A DNA stretch of 64,000 nucleotides from Macrostomum lignano. Lineage: Eukaryota. The notes below the pieces were generated by a model, which had not been told where the DNA came from, did no database searches, and saw only the letters and a list, made by a program, of their open reading frames with translations. Shown one piece after another: positions 1 to 9,827 of the stretch. The DNA lies in contig NIVC01001482.1 in NCBI GenBank assembly GCA_002269645.1, positions 217,006 to 281,005 on the forward strand. The letters are read 5' to 3'. The translations under genes and the position numbers were made by a program. Each line of letters opens with the position of its first letter. The first letter of the stretch is position 1.

Positions 1-318
1 GACAGATGGACACTGAGACACCCAGAAAGACAGATGGACACTGAGACACCCAGAAAGACAGATGGACACTGAGACACCCAGAAAGACAGATGGACACTGA
101 GACACCCAGAAAGACAGATGGACACTGAGACACCCAGAAAGACAGATGGACACTGAGACACCCAGAAAGACAGATGGACACTGAGACACCCAGAAAGACA
201 GATGGACACTGAGACACCCAGAAAGACAGATGGACACTGAGACACCCAGAAAGACAGATGGACACTGAGACACCCAGAAAGACAGATGGACACTGAGACA
301 CCCAGAAAGACAGATGGA
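1..318. repeat. 28-bp tandem minisatellite (GACAGATGGACACTGAGACACCCAGAAA)n, in the intron upstream of RBR copy 1 exon 374
   Basis: About 11 near-identical head-to-tail units read directly; truncated by the window start. Confidence 0.97.
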
Positions 319-373
319 CACCCGGACAGACAGATAGCCACTAACACATTCAGACTCGCTCTCAACCCCGCAG

Positions 374-942
374 GAGTGCCCAGGCTGCAGGTCGTTCTGC
401 CAGCGCCGCAGCGCTCGCGATCGCAGAATGATCTGTCCGGTGTGCTCGGAGCCGGACAAGGGGCGGCTGTTCGAGTTCTGCTGGTACTGCTTGAACAAGT
501 GGCGCACCCCGGGAACGACCAAGTGCGGCAACGACATCTGCTCGGGCAAGGACCCTCGGATCGCCATTCTGGCCGCGGCGAAGGTCAAGACGATCGTCGG
601 CGTGCCCGGTAGGTCACCGAGGCAATTAGCAATTCTTTATAAACCTAAACCTGTGCCATTCGAAATTCTCATGGAATAACAACAGACTCGTTAAAGTAGC
701 GTTAAAGTGCAATTTTTATAACCATAATCTCGTCTCCAGACGTGCCCGGCCGCCGCGCCTGCATCAAGTGCGGCATGATCATTGAGCACGTGACCGCCTG
801 CAAGCACATGAAGTGCGTCTGCGACCAAGAGTTCTGCTTCATCTGCTTGAAGCCGAAGAACGACAGGGGCAACTGGCAGTGCGGCAGCTACAGGGAGCCG
901 TGCGCTGTGGCGCCGAGGCAAACCGAGGTGCCCGGGGAGTGA
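374..942 (+). CDS. RBR-type E3 ubiquitin ligase, copy 1; last two exons only (374-608, 740-942), 5' part outside window
   Basis: cag|GAG acceptor at 374, G|gtaggt donor at 608, cag|AC acceptor at 740. Spliced product ECPGCRSFC..CPVC..FEFCWYCLNKW..CGNDIC (IBR-like) then CIKCGMIIEHVTACKHMKCVCDQEFCFIC (RING2/Rcat with C-x-H and downstream E) and TGA at 940-942. Clear paralog of 6628-9502. Confidence 0.9.
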
Positions 943-977
943 GGCGCATCTCTGCTGGCGTGACTGATGCGGCGGAG

Positions 978-983
978 AATAAA
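978..983 (+). promoter_or_regulatory. Polyadenylation signal AATAAA of RBR copy 1
   Basis: AATAAA 35 nt after the stop codon and just before the 30-bp satellite. Confidence 0.55.
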
Positions 984-1011
984 GACTTTGAGATGGAACA
1001 CTTGATGGAGC

Positions 1012-4000
1012 TGGTGATGGGAGATCTGTATGAGATTGAGGATCTGTGGGAGATGGGAGCTGAGATTGGGGATCTGTGGGAGATGGGGGCTGAGATTGGG
1101 GATCTGTGGGAGATGGGAGCTGAGATTGGGGAACTGTGGGAGATGGGGGCTGAGATTGGGGATCTGTGGGAGATGGGGGCTGAGATTGGGGATCTGTGGG
1201 AGATGGGAGTTGAGATTGGGGATCTGTGGGAGATGGGGGCTGAGATTGGGGAACTGTGGGAGATGGGGGCTGAGATTGGAGATCTGTGGGAGATGGGGGC
1301 TGAGATTGGGGATCTGTGGGAGATGGGAGTTGAGATTGGGGATCTGTGGGAGATGGGGGCTGAGATTGGGGATCTGTGGGAGATGGGAGCTGAGATTGGG
1401 GATCTGTGGGAGATGGGGGCTGAGATTGGGGATCTGTGGGAGATGGGGGCTGAGATTGGGGATCTGTGGGAGATGGGGGCTGAGATTGGGGATCTGTGGG
1501 AGATGGGGGCTGAGATTGGGGATCTGTGGGAGATGGGAGCTGAGATTGGGGATCTGTGGGAGATGGGGGCTGAGATTGGGGATCTGTGGGAGATGGGGGC
1601 TGAGATTGGGGATCTGTGGGAGATGGGGGCTGAGATTGGGGATCTGTGGGAGATGGGGGCTGAGATTGGAGATCTGTGGGAAATGGGAGCTGAGATTGGG
1701 GATCTGTGGGAGATGGGGGCTGAGATTGGGGATCTGTGGGAGATGGGAGCTGAGATTGGGGATCTGTGGGAGATGGGAGCTGAGATTGGGGATCTGTGGG
1801 AGATGGGAGCTGAGATTGGGGATCTGTGGGAGATGGGGGCTGAGATTGGGGATCTGTGGGAGATGGGGGCTAGGATTGGGGATCTGTGGGAGATGGGGGC
1901 TGAGATTGGGGATCTGTGGGAGATGGGGGCTGAGATTGGGGATCTGTGGGAGATGGGAGCTGAGATTGGGGATCTGTGGGAGATGGGGGCTGAGATTGGG
2001 GATCTGTGGGAGATGGGGGCTGAGATTGGGGATCTGTGGGAGATGGGGGCTGAGATTGGGGATCTGTGGGAGATGGGAGCTGAGATTGGGGATCTGTGGG
2101 AGATGGGGGCTGAGATTGGGGATCTGTGGGAGATGGGGGCTAGGATTGGGGATCTGTGGGAGATGGGGGCTGAGATTGGGGATCTGTGGGAGATGGGAGC
2201 TGAGATTGGGGAACTGTGGGAGATGGGGGCTGAGATTGGGGATCTGTGGGAGATGGGGGCTGAGATTGGGGATCTGTGGGAGATGGGGGCTGAGATTGGG
2301 GATCTGTGGGAGATGGGAGTTGAGATTGGGGATCTGTGGGAGATGGGGGCTGAGATTGGGGATCTGTGGGAGATGGGAGCTGAGATTGGGGATCTGTGGG
2401 AGATGGGGGCTGAGATTGGGGATCTGTGGGAGATGGGGGCTGAGATTGGGGATCTGTGGGAGATGGGGGCTGAGATTGGGGATCTGTGGGAGATGGGGGC
2501 TGAGATTGGGGATCTGTGGGAGATGGGGGCTGAGATTGGGGATCTGTGGGAGATGGGGGCTGAGATTGGGGATCTGTGGGAGATGGGAGCTGAGATTGGG
2601 GATCTGTGGGAGATGGGGGCTGAGATTGGGGATCTGTGGGAGATGGGGGCTGAGATTGGGGATCTGTGAAAGATGGGGGCTGAGATTGGGGATCTGTGGG
2701 AGATGGGGGCTGAGATTGGGGATCTGTGGGAGATGGGGGCTGAGATTGGGGATCTGTGGGAGATGGGGGCTGAGATTGGGGATCTGTGGGAGATGGGGGC
2801 TGAGATTGGGGATCTGTGGGAGATGGGGGCTGAGATTGGGGATCTGTGGGAGATGGGGGCTGAGATTGGGGATCTGTGGGAGATGGGGGCTGAGATTGGG
2901 GATCTGTGGGAGATGGGAGCTGAGATTGGGGATCTGTGGGAGATGGGGGCTGAGATTGGGGATCTGTGGGAGATGGGGGCTGAGATTGGGGATCTGTGGG
3001 AGATGGGGGCTGAGATTGGGGATCTGTGGGAGATGAGGGCTGAGATTGGGGATCTGTGGGAGATGAGGGCTGAGATTGGGGATCTGTGGGAGATGGGAGC
3101 TGAGATTGGGGATCTGTGGGAGATGGGGGCTGAGATTGGGGATCTGTGGGAGATGGGGGCTGAGATTGGGGATCTGTGGGAGATGGGAGCTGAGATTGGG
3201 GATCTGTGGGAGATGGGGGCTGAGATTGGGGATCTGTGGGAGATGGGGGCTGAGATTGGGGATCTGTGGGAGATGGGGGCTGAGATTGGGGATCTGTGGG
3301 AGATGGGAGCTGAGATTGGGGATCTGTGGGAGATGGGGGCTGAGATTGGGGATCTGTGGGAGATGGGGGCTGAGATTGGGGATCTGTGGGAGATGGGGGC
3401 TGAGATTGGGGATCTGTGGGAGATGGGGGCTGAGATTGGGGATCTGTGGGAGATGGGGGCTGAGATTGGGGATCTGTGGGAGATGGGGGCTGAGATTGGG
3501 GATCTGTGGGAGATGGGGGCTGAGATTGGGGATCTGTGGGAGATGGGGGCTGAGATTGGGGATCTGTGGGAGATGGGGGCTAGGATTGGAGATCTGTGGG
3601 AAATGGGAGCTGAGATTGGGGATCTGTGGGAGATGGGGGCTGAGATTGGGGATCTGTGGGAGATGGGAGCTGAGATTGGGGATCTGTGGGAGATGGGGGC
3701 TGAGATTGGGGATCTGTGGGAGATGGGAGTTGAGATTGGGGATCTGTGGGAGATGGGGGCTGAGATTGGGGATCTGTGGGAGATGGGAGCTGAGATTGGG
3801 GATCTGTGGGAGATGGGGGCTGAGATTGGGGATCTGTGGGAGATGGGGGCTAGGATTGGGGATCTGTGGGAGATGGGGGCTGAGATTGGGGATCTGTGGG
3901 AGATGGGGGCTGAGATTGGGGATCTGTGGGAGATGGGAGCTGAGATTGGGGATCTGTGGGAGATGGGGGCTGAGATTGGGGATCTGTGGGAGATGGGGGC

Positions 4001-4785
4001 TGAGATTGGGGATCTGTGGGAGATGGGGGCTGAGATTGGAGATCTGTGGGAAATGGGAGCTGAGATTGGGGATCTGTGGGAGATGGGGGCTGAGATTGGG
4101 GATCTGTGGGAGATGGGAGCTGAGATTGGGGATCTGTGGGAGATGGGGGCTGAGATTGGGGATCTGTGGGAGATGGGAGCTGAGATTGGGGAACTGTGGG
4201 AGATGGGGGCTGAGATTGGGGATCTGTGGGAGATGGGGGCTGAGATTGGGGATCTGTGGGAGATGGGGGCTGAGATTGGGGATCTGTGGGAGATGAGGGC
4301 TGAGATTGGGGATCTGTGGGAGATGGGGGCTGAGATTGGGGATCTGTGGGAGATGGGGGCTGAGATTGGAGATCTGTGGGAGATGGGGGCTGAGATTGGG
4401 GATCTGTGGGAGATGGGGGCTGAGATTGGGGATCTGTGGGAGATGGGGGCTGAGATTGGGGATCTGTGGGAGATGGGGGCTGAGATTGGGGATCTGTGGG
4501 AGATGGGAGCTGAGATTGGGGATCTGTGGGAGATGGGGGCTGAGATTGGGGATCTGTGGGAGATGGGGGCTGAGATTGGGGATCTGTGGGAGATGGGGGC
4601 TGAGATTGGGGATCTGTGGGAGATGGGGGCTGAGATTGGGGATCTGTGGGAGATGGGGCTGAGATTGGGGATCTGTGGGAGATGGGGGCTGAGATTGGGG
4701 ATCTGTGGGAGATGGGGGCTGAGATTGGGGATCTGTGGGAGATGGGGGCTGAGATTGGGGATCTGTGGGAGATGGGGGCTGGTGA
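1012..4785. repeat. 30-bp tandem minisatellite (GATGGGGGCTGAGATTGGGGATCTGTGGGA)n, about 125 copies
   Basis: Direct reading; explains the MGAEIGDLWE / PHLPQIPNLS ORFs. Confidence 0.98.
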
Positions 4786-5176
4786 TGGCAAATCATCGAG
4801 TAAATTTTTTTTCAGTAAAAATCACCCAAGTAAAAATCAATATATATATATATTTTTTATTAGTTTTGAAGTGTTACGGTTGTACATGTGTGACCCGTGT
4901 GTTTTTAATTTTTTAGTTGACTGTTTGATGTGACTTTAAGTAATTGCATCTGCTCGTACTTGCGTATTTGAATTTTACTATTTATATTCCGGTGCATCAA
5001 GAGACAAAGCGATAAATAAATTAAACTGTAACCGTCTTTAATTCCATTAAAATTCGCGTTTTAGTTCGAGTCGAAATTTGCTCTCAAAAAGGAAACTTTG
5101 AGTTAGTCATTTTTTCAAATCATCTGTTAAGCAGAACTGGTCGCGGTTAGTACGCAGTTGATATGCTTATATTTAA

Positions 5177-5222
5177 GGTGGGTTGCTCAGTGGTCCCGGG
5201 TTCGATTCGTTGTGACCCCACT
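5177..5222 (+). mobile_element. Truncated tRNA-derived SINE head (candidate)
   Basis: A-box-like TTGCTCAGTGG (5183-5193) and B-box GGTTCGATTC (5199-5208), too close together for a real tRNA. Confidence 0.35.
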
Positions 5223-5580
5223 GCAGCGGAGGGCAGCAGATCTGAACTGCGATAGAAATTCAGGGAAAGAGAGCTGCGTTGCCCCACATCGCCAGTGCTG
5301 TACAATCGTTGTACCTACATCCGTGATTGTAGTGGCTCTTAAAGTGTACATCCTAGCTTGTTGTGTTTGAGCTATGGAGCTACGAACAGTCTTATTTGAT
5401 AATGGAATGTACATTAGCAGTAGCAGACAGATGGTACCTAGTAACAGGCCAGAAAACTGTGCAAAGAAAGGCATTTATACCGAGAAAGCTAGGACCCAGG
5501 CTTTTAGTTGAGTCAAACTGGCAATCTGAGTTAATACATGTAAGTTTTCCTTTGACTTGTACTTGATAAGCTTGGTAAAA

Positions 5581-8500
5581 ATGGATAATTTATTACAGAT
5601 TTTCGTGAAGGATTTCAACAGCCGCACAGAGACAGTTAGCATTCTCAAGGTAAGAATGATAAGCACCTACCATTGTTTGTACTTACCTATATGAGGAAAA
5701 CAATTAGGACCAGAGCTAGTGAGCAGTTTCAGTTCACAGGCAAACCCCGTTCTAACAAAGGATTATCCGTGCTCTCTTAGTCTAACATATCCAGTGCCAA
5801 CCCCGTAACGATGTGAAAGAAAAATGAAGCAATGCACTCTCCACGACCTAGGATGCTCAGATCAAGGATCTGTTTCGCAAGCTGGAGGACAAGACGGGAC
5901 TCGAACCTGGCACCTACCAGATGGTCTACGCGAGCAAGACTATCGACTTTGAACAGCACAAAGACAAGCATCTGTCCGACTTTCACTTGGAGAATCACGC
6001 CAATCTCCACATGGTGCTGCGTCTACCAGGTGGCTCAAGACTGAGAGTGAGTAATACCTGTACCTGTTCATCACAGAATTTGGTATCGCTTCTGAACTTC
6101 TTAAATTCCGATATTTGCACGCAACTATAATTCTGTGTCAAGGAGCTGGGCGACTGCGTTGAGCTCACCGAGGAGCCGGACATGATCACCTGGGACGACG
6201 ACAAAGACAACTTGCGAGTCAAAATGCCCTGCGGCCACGCCATCGGACCGGACAGCCTCACCATGTACTGTCGCAGCCTGCTGGACTCCGGCCTCTACCG
6301 CTTCCTCTGCCCCTGGCTGGACCCGAACGATTCCAGAGTTGGCTGCCCCGTCGAATGGGACTTCGTCGTTATACGACGGCTGGCCGTGCTTAGCGACGAG
6401 GAGAGGCAAGAGTTTGAACGAAAGATTTCCGAGAACTACTTGCGACGGGCGGTGAATATTCAGGTACAAGCGTAAGAAACGTTCGATTACAAGAAACTTA
6501 ATACTTTATAGAAATGCAAGATTGTCAGCTGACAGATATCCCGTGACGCCGCAAACGTTAACAGCGTGTTTTCTGTTGCAACTGGCAGCTTTAAAAGTGA
6601 TTCATTTCCGAACGGTTCCTCACACAGGAGTGCCCGAGCTGTCACTCCTACTGCAAGCGCGTCAGCTCGCGCGATCGTCGCGTGGTCTGCCCCGCCTGTT
6701 CCAGCGGAGGCAGGCAGCGTTTCGAGTTCTGCTGGTACTGCTTGAACAAGTGGCGCAGTGCTGGCACGGACAAGTGCGGCAATGACATCTGCTCCGGCAA
6801 GGACCCTCGGATCGCCATTCTGGCCGCGGCGCCGGTCAAAGAGATTGTCGGCGTGAAGGGTCAGTTGGCCTGCAGGGGGGATGCACTTGTATGACGTAGT
6901 ACGGCGTATGGCGCGGATGCTTAGTTCATTTTCAGGGGCTTTGACTACGCAGGCAGCCAGCGAGTAGGCAAGTAGTCGTTCACATTCTGCTCACCAAAGT
7001 GTACAGCTGCCATGACTTTCTCATTATCAGAAATTCTGTACACTCTGTGCCTTAGGGATTGGCCCTCATAGTTGAGGAACGCACGGCCAAGTCTTAGACC
7101 AATTTTTTGTGCACGAGCCCCAAATTAACAGTAGAACTTAAGGAGGGAGGACTTTTCACCGTCGGGGCGTCGGGGTGATGACGGAATGCTTGAGAGACCA
7201 GCTGAGGATGTCCTGCAGTTTAGGCTTGCCCACTGTCGAGGATCCAGAAGCTCCGCCTGCGTGAAGGCCAGTGACCAACGAAGTCAGAGCTGATGCAGAC
7301 GCATGTGGTTGACGTCCTGATGAAATCTGGAGGTGTATCAAGGCCGCTCTGAGGCGCAGTGCTGATTGGCACACACGGTGTGTATTGAACTCACTAGCGC
7401 TTTTACGACGCTAGAAAAAATCTGACCTTCTGGCAAAATCGTTGAATATCTCGACGGTCTGGAGGGCTGGCGACTTGATTCTTGTTTGAGAAGGTTTACA
7501 ACAGAAAGTTAGCCCGTGCTCATAAATTTCGTGTGCCTGCGTGGTTCCCTTACGGCGCAGCAAAAAATTGTCAGGGGATTCCCCCCTTGGTAGTTCGACG
7601 GGCGGAAGAAATGGCTTGTTGGCTTGTTAATGAGGCCGCGCTCAAAATCGAACCCAGGGTGTTTGGTGGGAGAATCGAGGGCGTTAACCGCTGAGCTGCT
7701 CTGCCAAAGAATACGCCCGCAGACACTACGTAATATTCGTCTTCAGACCGTGTTAGACTGTGTTAGATCAATTAACCCTGAGTCCAAAATCCCGACATGA
7801 AGCATAAAGCCAAGTTTCGAAATCGAACGACTTCGAACCACTGGTCCCCCTTCTCGACTTGAGGCAAACCCTCTGCTGTAGGGAGACAAGCATTAAAGCT
7901 AAGGGAGGTGGCATTAAATACATGGTATATATTCCCCATTTATTTTGTTGTCTAGCGGGCAAAAGCAAGAGGTGTCTCGTTTATTGACCGAGGCGAAGCC
8001 GAGGTCAATGATCGAGACACCGAGTGCTTTTGGCCCTAGACAGCTAAATGAGTGGGGAATATGATATGTATCCCCCGTTCGTTGTCTATGGTTGTTGTCT
8101 CGAATTTATCAGCCCGCGGGGCAGCGGGAAATAAATGATTTATTCACCTAGGGAAATAAATGAAAACATGCGTCACATAGACACTCGCCCGGGGCAAAAG
8201 GGGGATACATGTATGAAGCGGCTCGCGTGGGGCGAGATGAAGACCGCTTGTCCTTTAATAATGTGCTGCGGCTGGGCCTTTTACGGCTCGAGTTTATTTG
8301 GGCCATAGACAGTTTGAGCAGCAGTGGCTGGCTCTGTCAAAAGTACATGTGTCCACTACACAACCCCCCAGAGCCAGACAATGTTGCTCTTGCATTGTGC
8401 TCGCTGGGAGCTCAGCTGCTGTGGTAAACGGCTGGGTCAGCTGCGATTACTTTGCCACTGGAAGCGATGGAACGCAATGGAAGCGACTGGGTTAGAAAAG

Positions 8501-9502
8501 GGTCACCGGCAGTGGATGACCGGGTTTCCACTGCCGGTGACCCTTTGGCGGGTGTTCAGGGACGGTTCAAAAGTGTGAGCACTTTGCTGCTGATAGATCG
8601 AGCTGCGGGCCGGTGGCGTTGTGGACCAGTTGAGGTCATAGGCACCAGCATCCTTGAGGCCGAGGGCAGCGGCAGCAGTGGATGGTTGTGCTGATGATGA
8701 TGCTGCTGGTACGTATGCCATTGTGGTGATCCGTCGGTAGCGTGGTGGGGCCTGCAGCGCAGAAAAGTGCACCGATGCTTCGTCCGACGTGTCCGCCTGT
8801 GCTGCTGGGACAAGGCGTTGCTGAGGTGAGCCGCATCGACGTCGCAGCGTCGGGTGGGGCGTTGCAAGCAAACTCTGGCAGGCGAGAGCCCCTTACCCGG
8901 AGTGCACTGCTCACCTATTGCATAACCGCAGTGACCAGGAATCAGTCATGGTCACTTTGATGCGGCTCCAGTCAGAACCGCTGAGCCGGATGCAGGGATC
9001 GAGGTGGCCGATGGCTTTGGCTGGACTCGGAAGACCTGGTGGCCGAAACTGTGACGAGGCAGCGGGCGAAAAGCTTGAAATACTCAGCTACGGCTGATTA
9101 TGTCGGGCTCACCACTGAAGAGGCTCGCGTGCGGCGAGATGAAGACCGCTTGTCCTTTAATAAAGTGCTGCGGCTCGGGCCTTTTACGGCTCTAGTTTAT
9201 TTGGGCGATAGACAGTTTGAGCAGCAGTGGCTGGCTCTGTCAAAAGTACATGTGTCCACTACATGTAGTAATGTGTTATCCCCAAAATCACGCATCCAGA
9301 CGTGCCCGGTCGCCGCGCCTGCATCCACTGCGGCATGATCATCGAGCACGTTCGTTTTTGCAAGCACATGAAGTGCATCTGCGGCCAAGAGTTCTGCTTT
9401 ATCTGCTTAAAGCCGAAGAACAGCGAGGGCAACTGGCAGTGCGGCAGCTTCAACGCCCCGTGTACAATTGCTCCAAGGCAAACTCAGGTGCCCGGAGAAT
9501 GA
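5581..9502 (+). CDS. Ubiquitin-like domain + RBR E3 ligase, copy 2, complete, about 339 aa; exons 5581-5649, 5852-6046, 6143-6463, 6628-6859, 9300-9502
   Basis: All four introns are GT-AG with consistent phases (0,0,0,1). Protein: MDNLLQIFVKDFNSRTETVSILK-DAQIKDLF...LHMVLRLPGG (ubiquitin-like fold); MPCGH..FLCP..GCP (half RING1); ECPSC..CPAC..FCWYC..CGNDIC (IBR); CIHCGMIIEHVRFCKHMKCICGQEFCFIC (RING2). Confidence 0.9.
7400..7705 (-). mobile_element. tRNA-derived SINE (head at 7705-7640; 3' boundary uncertain) in RBR2 intron 4
   Basis: Minus strand GGCAGAGCAGCTCAGCGGTTAACG...CTGGGTTCGATT = A and B boxes at tRNA spacing; resembles the head at 35716. Confidence 0.55.
7918..8213. mobile_element. 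Foldback / MITE-like element with nested inverted repeats
   Basis: Imperfect palindrome of about 150 bp centred on GGC-GAA-GCC (7992-8000): GTGTCTCG/CGAGACAC, ATTGACC/GGTCAAT, CTAGCGGGCAAAAGCA/TGCTTTTGGCCCTAG, TATTCCCCA/TGGGGAATA. In addition ATGTATCCCCC (8066-8076) pairs with GGGGGATACAT (8200-8210). Confidence 0.65.
8214..9263 (-). mobile_element. Complete non-autonomous LTR retroelement (TRIM-like), 1050 bp
   Basis: LTRs 9116-9263 and 8214-8360 (about 96% identical, TG...CA termini), 4-bp TSD TGTA (8210-8213, 9264-9267), PBS TGGTGAGCCCGACATAAT (9114-9097) after the 5' LTR, G6 polypurine run (8369-8364) before the 3' LTR, AATAAA inside the LTR on minus. Confidence 0.85.
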
Positions 9503-9520
9503 GGCACTTCTTAAAATACT

Positions 9521-9526
9521 AATAAA
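9521..9526 (+). promoter_or_regulatory. Polyadenylation signal(s) of RBR copy 2
   Basis: Overlapping AATAAA motifs 18 nt after the TGA at 9502. Confidence 0.6.
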
Positions 9527-9827
9527 TAAAATAAATAGCATCGATGCTTTGGATGGTGTAAAACAATCAATATGTTTGTTTTCAAATCAATAAAAAGCTA
9601 GTTAGATCACAGTGCAGTGGCTAGAACCTGTTAGACTTACATTTAGTTTAGTCCTAAGCCGATTATTTTACCTGGTAGGATCTAAACAAAATATTAGAAA
9701 GTCTTGAAATATTAATTTCTGGCTTAATGTCTCTCGAGTCTCATCAGTTAAGTCGCACTTTTGTTAAAATTGAACAGGAAAATATTTATATGCATCTCAG
9801 TTGGTCAAGATCTCTCGTAGGATCGTT

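Noticed and set aside
813-4916. Long ORFs (618, 1302, 668, 747 aa and others) over the 30-bp array, including an apparent fusion starting inside RBR1
   Set aside because: They are translations of a stop-free tandem repeat in several frames; the real gene stops at 942 with AATAAA at 978.
8503-8871. 122-aa minus-strand ORF inside the TRIM as gag or pol
   Set aside because: No zinc knuckle, protease, RT or integrase motif recognised; left unannotated.
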